Origin: a virus
Taxonomy: Duplodnaviria; Caudoviricetes
DNA: 29,845 bases
IMG/VR virus record: IMGVR_UViG_3300032237_001138
Location: 1-29,845 of that record
Strand: one strand, 5' to 3'
Within the stretch, counting starts at the first letter, position 1; each line of letters starts with the position of its first letter. Under the pieces are notes generated by a model that had not been told where the DNA came from, did not search any database, and saw only the letters and a program-made list of their open reading frames with translations. Of this stretch, positions 8,879 through 19,931 are shown piece after piece. Position numbers and translations under genes: made by a program.

Positions 8879-10711
8879 ATGGCCGATAATAATAATATAT
8901 CATATTTAAATAAAACATTTAGCGATTTTAAGAATAATCTTGTAAATTATGCTAAATCTTATTTCCCAACAACATATAATGACTTCTCAGAAGCATCACC
9001 AGGTACAATGTTTATTGAAATGGCGGCTTATGTTGGTGATGTAATGTCATTTTATCTTGATACTCAAGTACAAGAAAATTTTCTATTATATGCTAAAGAA
9101 AAGGAAAATTTATATGCTTTATCTTACATGCTAGGGTATAGACCTAAAATGTCATATGCTTCCACTACAATAATGGATGTATATCAATTAATTCCATCTA
9201 TAGATAATGGATCTGGTACTCAAGTACCAAACTATAATTACGCTACAGTTATACCCGAAAATACAGTAGTATATTCAACTACAATAAAATTTATAACTAT
9301 AGATAGAGTTGATTTTACCGATACAACTAACACAACAATCACATCAGTAGATAATAATTTCTTTTTATTAAAGAAGCAAATTCCCGCTATATCAGCAGAA
9401 ATAAAATCAACAACATTAAATCTTTCATCAACTGAAAAATTTCAAACAGCTAATATTACAGATACTAATATATTACAAATATTAGATGCTACTGATGATC
9501 AAGGTAATAAATGGTATGAAGTTCCATATTTAGCTCAATCTACTATATTTGATAAAATACCTAATCCAACACACGGAATATCAGATGATGTACCATATTT
9601 AGTACAATTAAAAAGAGTACCTCGTCGCTATGTATCTCGTTTCTTATCTAATGGTACTTTACAATTAGAATTTGGAGCAGGAGTATCAAATAAATCAGAT
9701 GATAATATCTTACCTAACCCAGATAATATTCAATTAGGATTAGTACCGGGTATATCAAATTTATATAATAATTTTAATAAAGCAAGCGTATTCTTTACTC
9801 AAGAATATGGATTAGCTCCAAGTAATAATCTTACAGTAAGATATTTAGTAGGTGGTGGTATAGAATCAAATGTAAATGCTAATACAATTACCTCAATAGA
9901 TAAAACTAACGTATATTTCCCTAGTGGAATTTCAAATCCATTAGCAACAACTATTATAGGTAGTGTAGCTGTAACAAACAATGTTCCTGCTCGTGGTGGT
10001 AGAAGTGGAGATCAAATTGAGGAACTTCGCAATAACGCCCTAAATTCATTTCAATCTCAGCTACGTGCTGTAACTAGAGAAGATTATATGGTTCGTGCTT
10101 TATCTTTACCTTCTGATTATGGTAGCATATCTAAAGTATATGTAACACAAGATGTAGCTCAGGATATGATACCTACTCCAACAGTTGCAACTATTGAAGA
10201 GCGCAATCCCTTATCTTTAGATTTATATATATTAGCATATGATACTAATAAAAATCTTATTGCAGCAACAAATCCATTAAAACAAAATTTAGCTACATAT
10301 CTTGATCAATTTAGAATGGTTACAGATGCTATTAATATTAAAGATGCATTTTATATTAATATAGGAATTAATTTTGATATAACTGTTAGAAGAGGATATA
10401 ATAATAATACTGTAGTAGTAAGTTGTATTAGTGCTTTACAAGATTATTTTAATATTGAAAAATGGAATATTAATCAACCTATTATTGTATCTGATGTTAT
10501 GACTCAACTTTTAAACATAAAAGGAGTTCAATCTGTAGCAAAATTAGAATTTACAAACAAATACGACACAACAGGAATAACATATTCAAAGTATGGATAT
10601 GATATCCCAGGAGCGACTAAACAAGGGAATATTTATCCTTCAATAGATCCTAGTGTATTTGAAGTTAGATATCCTAATACAGATATTCAAGGTAGAGTAG
10701 TAACATTTTAA
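8879..10711 (+). CDS. gp6: Baseplate wedge subunit, gp6/baseplate-J-like
   Basis: DF.E.SPG.MFIEMAAYVGDV.SFYLD, LGYRP, LEFG.G, GG...IEELR.NA...QLRAVTREDY motifs; follows gp25. Confidence 0.88.
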   Translation: MADNNNISYLNKTFSDFKNNLVNYAKSYFPTTYNDFSEASPGTMFIEMAAYVGDVMSFYLDTQVQENFLLYAKEKENLYALSYMLGYRPKMSYASTTIMDVYQLIPSIDNGSGTQVPNYNYATVIPENTVVYSTTIKFITIDRVDFTDTTNTTITSVDNNFFLLKKQIPAISAEIKSTTLNLSSTEKFQTANITDTNILQILDATDDQGNKWYEVPYLAQSTIFDKIPNPTHGISDDVPYLVQLKRVPRRYVSRFLSNGTLQLEFGAGVSNKSDDNILPNPDNIQLGLVPGISNLYNNFNKASVFFTQEYGLAPSNNLTVRYLVGGGIESNVNANTITSIDKTNVYFPSGISNPLATTIIGSVAVTNNVPARGGRSGDQIEELRNNALNSFQSQLRAVTREDYMVRALSLPSDYGSISKVYVTQDVAQDMIPTPTVATIEERNPLSLDLYILAYDTNKNLIAATNPLKQNLATYLDQFRMVTDAINIKDAFYINIGINFDITVRRGYNNNTVVVSCISALQDYFNIEKWNINQPIIVSDVMTQLLNIKGVQSVAKLEFTNKYDTTGITYSKYGYDIPGATKQGNIYPSIDPSVFEVRYPNTDIQGRVVTF

Positions 10712-10721
10712 ATTCATATAA

Positions 10722-11813
10722 ATGGCCGTATATAAAATATTTCCTGAAAAAAGTGCAACGCTTTATTCATATTATCCAACACTTAATACTGGTATTGATG
10801 AAATACTAGATCTTAGTACATACCTTACCATTGAAGGTACAAATGAAGTATCCCGTCCACTTATTCAATTTCCACAAAGCGAAATACTTGATATAATCAC
10901 TAATAAAGTATCTGGGTCTAGCTATGGTGCTTTTTTGCGCTTATCATTAGCTCAGGCATCTCAATTACCTTTAAATTATACAATTCTTTGTCATCCTTTA
11001 GCAACTAATTGGAACATAGGAACAGGTAGATTAGCAAACTCTCCTATCACTACAAATGGAGCTAGTTGGAAATATAAAGATCAATTAAGTGGAAGTGCAT
11101 GGTTTACATCATTCCCTGCAGGTACAACAGGCTCATATACAGGAAGTAATATAGGTGGTGGATTATGGTACACAGCATCAAGCTACACTGCTACTCAATC
11201 TTTTACTAATGTTGATTCAAAAGATATAACATTAAATGTTACTAATATAGTAACTGCTTGGTCTGGAAGTACAATATCTAATAATGGGTTTATACTAAAA
11301 CATAGTAGCTCATTAGAATTTACAACTCAATCCGCTATTGAATTAAAATATTTTTCAGCTAATACACATACAATATATCCTCCTTGCTTAGAAATAAGAT
11401 GGAATGATTGGTCATATAATACAGGTTCATTATCAGTAATAACATCTCCAAGTATTGTAGCTACATTAGATAATAACCAAAGTGAATATCAACAAGACTC
11501 AATACAACGTTTTAGAGTAAATGTTAGAGATAAATTCCCAGCAAGAGCATTCACTTCTACTTCTGTTTACCTTATAAATAAAGCTTTACCTACTTCTTCA
11601 TATTATCAAATAAAAGATTTGGATACCGAAGAAATTGTCGTAGATTATGATACAACATATACTAAGATAAGTTGTGATTCAACAGGTATGTATTTTGATA
11701 TATATATGAACGGACTAGAACCAGAACGTTACTATAAAATATTAATTAAAACTACCATAAATGGTAGTACATTAGTATTAGATGATAATTATTACTTTAA
11801 AGTTATAAGATAA
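10722..11813 (+). CDS. Putative baseplate/structural beta-rich protein
   Basis: 363 aa, beta-rich, S/T/G-rich, NNGFILK...YFS......PCLEIRW pattern; within baseplate operon. Confidence 0.6.
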   Translation: MAVYKIFPEKSATLYSYYPTLNTGIDEILDLSTYLTIEGTNEVSRPLIQFPQSEILDIITNKVSGSSYGAFLRLSLAQASQLPLNYTILCHPLATNWNIGTGRLANSPITTNGASWKYKDQLSGSAWFTSFPAGTTGSYTGSNIGGGLWYTASSYTATQSFTNVDSKDITLNVTNIVTAWSGSTISNNGFILKHSSSLEFTTQSAIELKYFSANTHTIYPPCLEIRWNDWSYNTGSLSVITSPSIVATLDNNQSEYQQDSIQRFRVNVRDKFPARAFTSTSVYLINKALPTSSYYQIKDLDTEEIVVDYDTTYTKISCDSTGMYFDIYMNGLEPERYYKILIKTTINGSTLVLDDNYYFKVIR

Positions 11814-11815
11814 AT

Positions 11816-12166
11816 ATGTCACAAATCCCTATAGAAAAACAAGTATTTGATAAAATTTCATTTAGTAGGATAGTTGATACTAATTTTTCTCAACTTATTA
11901 GTCCTGAAACTAATGAACCCGCTCCATCATTTAGTTTGGATGATTTCTTCCAAATATATGATCAGCTATTTAATCAAATACCTGACAATGGAGATATTAA
12001 TTCACATAGATATATTTTAGAAAAAGAAGCTGAATATTTAGGAGTGAGTATTGATAAGGAAGAAACACAAGCTTTATTAGATGAAATTACTTCACTAAGA
12101 CAACAAGTATTAGATACTCAAACCGCTCTTAATGATTTAGCAACAGCAACAAATACACGTTTATAA
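11816..12166 (+). CDS. Hypothetical structural protein with C-terminal coiled coil
   Basis: 116 aa, QALLDEITSLRQQVL heptads; TAATG overlap with next gene. Confidence 0.7.
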   Translation: MSQIPIEKQVFDKISFSRIVDTNFSQLISPETNEPAPSFSLDDFFQIYDQLFNQIPDNGDINSHRYILEKEAEYLGVSIDKEETQALLDEITSLRQQVLDTQTALNDLATATNTRL

Positions 12167-15100
12167 TGGCAGATAACATAAAAATAGTAGGTAATATTTT
12201 AGTAACTAATACTATTCCTCGTTATGATGGAAAGGATAGTGCTCTTATTGAATCTCAAGTTGTAGCAGGTAAATTTGGAGGAATTGATGATTATATTGAG
12301 TATTTTATATATGATGCTGCTAAAAATCAATTACAGGGAGATTATGGCTATAAAAAATATAAACTTCCATCTAATCAACCATTATCACCTACATCAGTAC
12401 CTGCTCCAAATACAACAGGACAAATTCAAACAACTAATATAGGAATAACATCAACTCTATCAAATAATACAGGATCATTATATCCTATTATTGAAATAGA
12501 TCCTATTGCTGATTTACAAAATTATGGTTATTCATCAGGAGAATTTATTTCTATTTATAATTTCTTTTCTAATAAAATATCCAATTCAACAGAAAGATCA
12601 TTATTAATTAAAGAAATTTCAACTGATAGAACAGAGATAAGATTAATTTCTACTACATTAGATAATGATGAAATTGAAAATACTGTTTTTGCTATTATAG
12701 ATGAAATAAATAACTCTCTATATCATATAGATTATCTATTAAATTATGGAGACAATAAACAATTTTTAATAGTCAATATAGCTTTAAATAAAGTATCTAC
12801 TGGATATGAGATATTATTAAAATTATATGCTCCTTTACCACCAAATATTGAAGTATTAGAGAGGGTATGGATTGTAGAAGAAAAGGTTCTTCCTTATTCT
12901 TTTAATATAAATTTAAATAAACTTATATTACCACCTCCTCCTTTAAAATTAAAAGGACCTAATTTTGGTGTTGATATTCCTAATCAAGGAACAGTATCTA
13001 CAACATATACTAGCTATCTCAATGCAATAACAGGATTACAATCATTACAAAGTTCATCATTTAACCAAATTATGAACCTAATGAATACTCAGAGTATTCA
13101 AATAAATGTAAATTATGCTGTAAGTGAATCTGCGGATTTTGGTAATTTTGTATTTTTAGGATCATCTTATCAACGTATTTCTAATTTTTATGATAAGGTT
13201 AAATTAATCGAAGATTATAATAATGAAATAGCTAGATTAATTCCGTTTGCTGCTAATACATCAAGTATACAAACAACAATTAATACTTATACTTCTAGCA
13301 TAAATACACTTATATCTCAATTAGATGGATATGAATCTTATTTATACTTTGAATCTAGTTCATATACATGGCCTAAATCAGGGTCTTTAAAGCCATATAA
13401 ATTATTATCAACAGGCTCAGCTACATCATTAAGTTGGTATAACAATCAACTAGCTTTTGCTGTAAATTATGATGATAGTAATGTTGATAATTTAAAATAT
13501 GCTATCCCTTCATTTTTAAGAGATGATACTGCAAATCAACCTTTCATTACGTTTCTTAATATGGTTGGTCAATATTTTGATAATATTTGGATTTATATTA
13601 AAGCAGTAACAGATATTAATTTAGCTAACAATAATTTAAATAAAGGTATATCTAAAGATTTAGTATATAATCAATTACAATCATTAGGAATTAAAGTATA
13701 TAATAGTCAAGCTGGAGAGGATGTTGACCAATTTTTAATTGGAGCTAATACAGGTAGCAGTATTTTTGATAATGATTTTACAGTAACAGGTAGCTATCTA
13801 AATAATATCCCGCGCAAAGATCTACTATCAGAATTATACAAACGTATTTATCATAATTTACCTTTATTACTTAAAACAAAAGGTACTAAAACAGGTTTAG
13901 ATTACTTAATGACTATATTTGGTATTCCAAACCAAACATATTATACTATAATTAGTGGATCTGTTAGTGAATCTTTTTATTCTCCAACAGGTAGTAATTT
14001 TACTTCTAGTATATTAAATGTTAAAGAATTTGGTGGATCACTAAAATCTAATTTAATAGATGGGTACAATAATAACAAATCAAGGGTAGTATATAATAAA
14101 ATAGCTACAGGTAGTTTTACAACAGGAAGTATGTTATCCTCAATGTTAGGTTTACAAACATTCCCTACTGCCTCTAATGAGTTTAGAGAAAATGATATGC
14201 ATTATGTAGATGTATCATTCTCTCCTCAAACACAAATAGATACTTATATTTCAAAATCTATAGCTTCTAATAATCCATCCTGGAGTTTAGATGATTATAT
14301 TGGTGATCCTAGACAATTATATAGTTCATCATATGACAGCTTAGATGCACAACGTAAATTATATTTTCAAACTGGAGTTTCTGGATATCCTCCATTTACT
14401 GGCTCAGCATTAGACTATAATGGATTTATTAGATTAATAGAGTTTTTTGATAATGCTTTATTCAAAATGATTGGTGATTTTGTTCCTGAAAGAACAAGTT
14501 TATCAACGGGTGTTACTATTAATTCACCTGTACTAGAAAGAAATAAAGTAGTTTATTCTGTACCTAATATTAATACCCAAAGTATAGTAACAGCAGGATA
14601 TTCTGCCTCAACTATATCTCCAGTTTATGGTACTTTTTATGATTTTCTAACAGGAAGCAAATCAGAATATTATACTGGTCAGTTTACTGGAAGTAAAATC
14701 GACATTAATTATTATTTTGATTATAGTAATCCTAACATTTATTTAGGAGATTGGAATGTATATAATTCTCAAAATTCAATTACTAAAAGTATTGATAATA
14801 ATAAATTTCTTCATTCTGATTTTAACGTATTATTAAACAATGTTTCTCAAAGTGTAAAATCATCTAACAGATATAGATTAGAACCTATTTTTGGAACAAC
14901 ATCAAGTCTTTCAAGTAGTGCTGAACTACAAGATTCATATTTATCTTTAAGAACACATAACAATTCACGTTATGATGGAATAAAGGTAACTAGTTTAAAA
15001 TATAATACATACACTAGTTCTTCATATACAGGATCTGATGGGCGTACTATTGTAAATGGAGATAGTTCTTTTGGTAAGTATGCCGCTATTGATCATACTG

Positions 15101-16596
15101 TTCGCAAATTAGCATTATTTACTCAGGTTAAATCTGATACCTACTTCCCACTTAAAAGTGATGTTGCTTTAAGATATCTTGTAGATGAATTTGGTAATTT
15201 AACAGAATTAAATCAACAAAATAAGCACTGGGAAGAATTACAAAATACATTCAAATCAGGAGATTCCACCGTAATATCTTTATTTGATAATCAGAAATTT
15301 AGTGATCAAAAAGTAACAGATGGTGAAAAATCAATTTTTAATTCAGGATATATATTAGATCCTTTATTTTATTATTCATCATCTGATGCTACCGCTTCAT
15401 TTCAATATTCTATGAATGAAATAAATATGTTTAAATACACAACATATGGGGGTAATGGAACAATTCCTTCTTCAGGAAGTTTAGTTACATCAAGTCGAAC
15501 AGATGGAATATATTATTTTTCCTCATCAGGTCTTACTTCTCCAAGTAAGTTTGAATCTACAATAAAGAATATATTTAATGATGGTACTGATATTCAAAAT
15601 TATAATGAAGGAAACTGTTTTTCAGCTAGTTTTCGCTATCAACAATCTTATTTAGGTGGAGATGGTGGTTTTTCTTTTGGTAGATTTATTGTAACCACTC
15701 CTGGTTATTATGGATTTGCTTTTGATAATTTAAAATTTAAGTATAAACCAGGTCCTAATGATTTTGGATATTATGCTTTTCCTTCCTATTCAATATATAT
15801 TTCATCCTCAGGACAAGTTGCATCACTTACCCAAGTATTACAACATACTTCTGAATCAGGAGGAGTAAAAACTAATTTTCAAACCATTTACTTTAATAAT
15901 ATTGCATCTACACCATTTCAGTTCCTTTCAGGAAGTGTAGTTGATTTTTTTCTAGCAAGAACTATAGTAACTGACAAACCAGGAGGGGGAACATTAAATG
16001 CGGCTTCTTCCTCTTATAATTACAGTGAATCCATTGATGCAGGTGGCTTATTTTATTCAACATTACAAGCAGGTATACCGATAGCAACTGCTCCATTCTC
16101 TGGCTCATCAACATCACAAACTCAATTTTGCTTAGATGAACAATTTGCCAGTTTTTATGGATATTTATTCTTACCAGAAGGTGTAGGATCCAACCCATCA
16201 TCTTCTTTATATAAGACATATGGCAATGTAAATTATAATTTTACAGTTAACCCAGGGGATATATTAAAATTCGTATTGTTTAATGTAACATATGAATATG
16301 AAATTGCATCAGTAACTCAAACAACTGGTACAAGTTTATGTTTTAATTTATCTCAACCAATAAGCAATGCTGTATTTACTTCGATTAGTAAAGTTTCAGA
16401 AGTATTATTTTTAAGAAGATCAAAAGATGAAACAAATATATTATTAAAATACACTAAACGTCCTGGACAAACATCATACGGGTTTGCAATCCCACAAAAA
16501 ATAGCACCAGATGTATTAGCAAACATAGATACAATCACTAAAGAAGTAAAACAAAAACTATTAGCAGAGCAATCAGCTTTAAGTGGAAGTTTTTAA
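12166..16596 (+). CDS. Large baseplate wedge-like structural protein (gp7-like)
   Basis: 1476 aa; IPSFL..D...F..FLNMVGQYFD and LYKRIYHNLPLLLKTKGT..GL..LM.IFG resemble wedge/tail-I cores; position after gp6. Confidence 0.6.
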   Translation: MADNIKIVGNILVTNTIPRYDGKDSALIESQVVAGKFGGIDDYIEYFIYDAAKNQLQGDYGYKKYKLPSNQPLSPTSVPAPNTTGQIQTTNIGITSTLSNNTGSLYPIIEIDPIADLQNYGYSSGEFISIYNFFSNKISNSTERSLLIKEISTDRTEIRLISTTLDNDEIENTVFAIIDEINNSLYHIDYLLNYGDNKQFLIVNIALNKVSTGYEILLKLYAPLPPNIEVLERVWIVEEKVLPYSFNINLNKLILPPPPLKLKGPNFGVDIPNQGTVSTTYTSYLNAITGLQSLQSSSFNQIMNLMNTQSIQINVNYAVSESADFGNFVFLGSSYQRISNFYDKVKLIEDYNNEIARLIPFAANTSSIQTTINTYTSSINTLISQLDGYESYLYFESSSYTWPKSGSLKPYKLLSTGSATSLSWYNNQLAFAVNYDDSNVDNLKYAIPSFLRDDTANQPFITFLNMVGQYFDNIWIYIKAVTDINLANNNLNKGISKDLVYNQLQSLGIKVYNSQAGEDVDQFLIGANTGSSIFDNDFTVTGSYLNNIPRKDLLSELYKRIYHNLPLLLKTKGTKTGLDYLMTIFGIPNQTYYTIISGSVSESFYSPTGSNFTSSILNVKEFGGSLKSNLIDGYNNNKSRVVYNKIATGSFTTGSMLSSMLGLQTFPTASNEFRENDMHYVDVSFSPQTQIDTYISKSIASNNPSWSLDDYIGDPRQLYSSSYDSLDAQRKLYFQTGVSGYPPFTGSALDYNGFIRLIEFFDNALFKMIGDFVPERTSLSTGVTINSPVLERNKVVYSVPNINTQSIVTAGYSASTISPVYGTFYDFLTGSKSEYYTGQFTGSKIDINYYFDYSNPNIYLGDWNVYNSQNSITKSIDNNKFLHSDFNVLLNNVSQSVKSSNRYRLEPIFGTTSSLSSSAELQDSYLSLRTHNNSRYDGIKVTSLKYNTYTSSSYTGSDGRTIVNGDSSFGKYAAIDHTVRKLALFTQVKSDTYFPLKSDVALRYLVDEFGNLTELNQQNKHWEELQNTFKSGDSTVISLFDNQKFSDQKVTDGEKSIFNSGYILDPLFYYSSSDATASFQYSMNEINMFKYTTYGGNGTIPSSGSLVTSSRTDGIYYFSSSGLTSPSKFESTIKNIFNDGTDIQNYNEGNCFSASFRYQQSYLGGDGGFSFGRFIVTTPGYYGFAFDNLKFKYKPGPNDFGYYAFPSYSIYISSSGQVASLTQVLQHTSESGGVKTNFQTIYFNNIASTPFQFLSGSVVDFFLARTIVTDKPGGGTLNAASSSYNYSESIDAGGLFYSTLQAGIPIATAPFSGSSTSQTQFCLDEQFASFYGYLFLPEGVGSNPSSSLYKTYGNVNYNFTVNPGDILKFVLFNVTYEYEIASVTQTTGTSLCFNLSQPISNAVFTSISKVSEVLFLRRSKDETNILLKYTKRPGQTSYGFAIPQKIAPDVLANIDTITKEVKQKLLAEQSALSGSF

Positions 16597-16601
16597 TTCA
16601 T

Positions 16602-16609
16602 ATATTTAT
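16602..16609 (+). promoter_or_regulatory. Putative phage late promoter ATATTTAT
   Basis: Recurrent intergenic octamer upstream of ATG 16634. Confidence 0.55.
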
Positions 16610-16633
16610 AGTATATACAATAAACAATAAAAA

Positions 16634-17296
16634 ATGGCAATATTAAATCCAACAGTAGTAACAGTAGATGCAGTTTTGACTACAAAAGGTCGCGAATTAT
16701 TATCTCGCAATGACGGATCATTTCAAATCACTCAATTTTCTTTGGGAGATGATGAAGTAGATTATACATTATATAATCCAACTCACCCATCAGGGTCAGC
16801 ATTTTATGGTGAAGCAATTGAGGCAATGCCTGTTATACAAGCATTTCCAAATGATACACAAACAATGCGTTATAAATTAGTAACATTACCACGTGGAACA
16901 TCACGTTTACCAGTTATTAGTATTGGATATAATACAATTACACTCCAACAAGGTGCTTCATTAACAATTACTCCACAAACACTTAATTATCTAGGTGCTA
17001 CAAGTACATTTGAAGCTAATGGATATGTAGCTACCGTTGCTGATATTAGATTATTATCATCACTTCAAGGTACTGGAGTTCAAACAACAACAAATACTAA
17101 TGGTGGTTTGAATACTACTACAGGTGCTGTATTATCAACATCAGCTATTGGTACTTCATTTACAATAACTGGTACAACAGTTAATACATTATTTGGAAGT
17201 ACATTAACTACATTAACTACAACAATTACTGTAATTGGTAGAGATAGTGGTGCAAGAATTACTATTCCTATTAATATTCAAAAAGTAACAATATAA
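16634..17296 (+). CDS. Structural protein, possible tail-fibre attachment component
   Basis: TVDAVLTTKGRELL...ITQFSLGDDEVDY N-terminus; Thr-rich Ig-like C-terminus. Confidence 0.55.
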   Translation: MAILNPTVVTVDAVLTTKGRELLSRNDGSFQITQFSLGDDEVDYTLYNPTHPSGSAFYGEAIEAMPVIQAFPNDTQTMRYKLVTLPRGTSRLPVISIGYNTITLQQGASLTITPQTLNYLGATSTFEANGYVATVADIRLLSSLQGTGVQTTTNTNGGLNTTTGAVLSTSAIGTSFTITGTTVNTLFGSTLTTLTTTITVIGRDSGARITIPINIQKVTI

Positions 17297-17316
17297 AAAT
17301 AAAATAAAATAACAAT

Positions 17317-18303
17317 ATGTCATTTTCAAGATATAACTTTGAAGACTCAGTAGTAAGTTCTGAAACTATAGTTCGTGGATTATGGTCAGGTGATGCTTAT
17401 ACTTTATCTACCTTCGCCACAGGAAGTAACCCTACAGAATACTATTTGGATGTATATCAAACAGGCTCAGCTTTAACCGGATCAGAAATACAATTTGATG
17501 TTCAATATGGTCATATTTATGGATCTGGCTCTCTTCCTATTAACCTAGCAATACCAGGAAATACTCCATCACGTGTTGTTTATGGACAATATAGAAATTT
17601 AGTTTATGGTACTGAAACTACAAACTTTAGCTTTGATGGTGGCACTACAACAGCTCAACAAATATATGTAATTAACATTTCAAGAGCTAGATACAAACAA
17701 GCACTTAACCCAGGTTCATTAAATTTAACTTTAAAAAGTGGTAGTGCTATAGTATATCTTACTGATGATAGTAATACTACATCATTGACTCGTTTTATTG
17801 GTGAAAATAGAATATACTACATTATAAGTGGTAGTAATGGAAACGCTTATACAAGTAGTGCAGCAACTTCTCCATATTATGGTATAATGTTACCTGATTT
17901 AGGAGTTATTATTTTAGATGCTTCTGGATCTTTAACGCCATATATTCAATCAGCTTCATTAGCAACAAGTTCAAGACAAGATAATCATTTAAAATTATAT
18001 ACTTCTATTGTATCTGGTAGTGTTACAAGTTCTTTTAAATTACAATCTTCTGAAGTAATATCATCACGTTATTTCTTCACACGTATTAAAAATAGTGAAT
18101 TTAATTATACAACAAACCCATCTATTATAGATAATAATGGCAATTTATTATATACTACATTAATTAATAATCCACAAACATACATTACTACAGTAGGTAT
18201 GTACAATGATAATAATGAATTATTAGCTGTAGCTAAATTAAGTAAACCATTAGTTAAAGATTTCACTAAAGAAGCTTTAATTAGAATCAAATTAGACTAT
18301 TAA
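17317..18303 (+). CDS. Structural protein (paralog of next gene)
   Basis: C-terminal YITTVGMYNDNNELLAVAKLSKP motif resembling tail-collar/fibre attachment domains. Confidence 0.6.
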   Translation: MSFSRYNFEDSVVSSETIVRGLWSGDAYTLSTFATGSNPTEYYLDVYQTGSALTGSEIQFDVQYGHIYGSGSLPINLAIPGNTPSRVVYGQYRNLVYGTETTNFSFDGGTTTAQQIYVINISRARYKQALNPGSLNLTLKSGSAIVYLTDDSNTTSLTRFIGENRIYYIISGSNGNAYTSSAATSPYYGIMLPDLGVIILDASGSLTPYIQSASLATSSRQDNHLKLYTSIVSGSVTSSFKLQSSEVISSRYFFTRIKNSEFNYTTNPSIIDNNGNLLYTTLINNPQTYITTVGMYNDNNELLAVAKLSKPLVKDFTKEALIRIKLDY

Positions 18304-18306
18304 TGC

Positions 18307-19332
18307 ATGTCATCATACAAAAAATTAAACAAAGCCGATGTCACAACAGTATCCTACGCTGCTAATAAGCGTTGGTCTTTTGTTTTTTCTTCTTCTTTAC
18401 TAAATAATACAGGTAGTGAAATAACTGTATATAAAGCTCAAAAAGATACATTTAATATAACTGGTAGCACAACTACAAATGGGCAATACCAATCATTAAT
18501 GTATGCTCAAATCAATCATTTATTTTATCAATCATATAGTGGTAGTTTATTAGACACAGGTTCATTAAAGTTTAATACATCCACTTATATATCGGCTTCT
18601 CAAAATCGCCCTACTGCTTCTTATTTTAACTATAATGATAATCCGTTATTAGTAAAAAATTTACCAACTGGTAATTTAGGAGATCCGATTAACGTAATTA
18701 ATGTTAGTCAAAAAGTATTTGGATCTAAAATATTACCTAATAGCTTAGTAATTAGCTCATCTACAGTACACATCAGTGATGATGGAAATGGTAATTTATA
18801 TGACACCGCTGGAGTTGCAGATGAATACATTGCTGATTTATATATTTCGTCAAGTTATTTTTTAAGTGGATCTATAAGTTCTAGTATAACTCATGTAGGT
18901 AATGTATTTTATGCTCATGGATTAATAGTACTTACTAACACAGAATCAAAATATGATGGATTATTTACAACAGCTATCACTAATAGTATATCATTTCAAA
19001 ATGAACATATTATTTATGAAAATGAAGTTCGTTGTATAGTTAAAGAAAGTGATTATAACTTATCATACAACCCTACATTATTAAAATATGGGGGACAATA
19101 CATGACTTTAATCTCAGGTAGTACCTCTACTTCAGGCAGTAGTTATAAAGTAACAGGCTCACTTGACAGTACAGTTAAAGATTTTGCTACTGGATCTGCA
19201 TTTCAACCTTACGCTACAGCAATTGGTTTATATAATGATGATAATGAATTATTAATGGTTGCCAAATTAGGTAAACCAATAATGTTATCACCAGACACAG
19301 ATATGACATTTATTGTTAAATACGATATATAA
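18307..19332 (+). CDS. Structural protein (paralog of previous gene)
   Basis: C-terminal YATAIGLYNDDNELLMVAKLGKP; shares several internal blocks with 17317..18303. Confidence 0.6.
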   Translation: MSSYKKLNKADVTTVSYAANKRWSFVFSSSLLNNTGSEITVYKAQKDTFNITGSTTTNGQYQSLMYAQINHLFYQSYSGSLLDTGSLKFNTSTYISASQNRPTASYFNYNDNPLLVKNLPTGNLGDPINVINVSQKVFGSKILPNSLVISSSTVHISDDGNGNLYDTAGVADEYIADLYISSSYFLSGSISSSITHVGNVFYAHGLIVLTNTESKYDGLFTTAITNSISFQNEHIIYENEVRCIVKESDYNLSYNPTLLKYGGQYMTLISGSTSTSGSSYKVTGSLDSTVKDFATGSAFQPYATAIGLYNDDNELLMVAKLGKPIMLSPDTDMTFIVKYDI

Positions 19333-19931
19333 TGATCAAATTATTAACCATATTAAAAGAAATGGCTATCTCAAATGCCTGGTCAGGAGAGAAGAAAAAA
19401 TTAGGAGAGGAGACAGATGTAGTAATTAATGCCGCTATGGCAATGGGAGAAAATACTCCAATACTTTGGAGAGGAACAGGAGGGGTTCCTGTACCAGGTC
19501 AACGTAAATCAGTCCCCCAACGCATTATGCGTGTGACCCCCAGAGGAACCTCAGCATTTAAAGGTGGAACTGAAAATGCAATAAAAGTATTACAATTGCT
19601 AAATGTAGAGCATCCTGTATTTGCTCATTTTAATAGAGATTCAACAAAACTTTTTGGAACACCGTGTGCACTAGTGTTCGAACAACCCTATACAATACGT
19701 CAATCACCAGTAATTAATGATATAATGGCTGATACAGAAGGGAAAACTGAACAAGAACTTCAACAAGCAGCTGAATCTTATAGTATAATAAATAATACTG
19801 GACCTGTACATGATAAAAATGAACTTATAGTTGATGTCAAAAATTACTGGGCAATACCATGTGGGTCTGAAATTAAAACATATGGCGATTTAGTTGAATT
19901 ATTAGAATCATATAAAACTAAATTTGCATGA
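19332..19931 (+). CDS. Hypothetical protein with MIKLxxILxE leader
   Basis: 199 aa, starts MIKLLTILKE; TAATG coupling to upstream gene. Confidence 0.75.
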   Translation: MIKLLTILKEMAISNAWSGEKKKLGEETDVVINAAMAMGENTPILWRGTGGVPVPGQRKSVPQRIMRVTPRGTSAFKGGTENAIKVLQLLNVEHPVFAHFNRDSTKLFGTPCALVFEQPYTIRQSPVINDIMADTEGKTEQELQQAAESYSIINNTGPVHDKNELIVDVKNYWAIPCGSEIKTYGDLVELLESYKTKFA

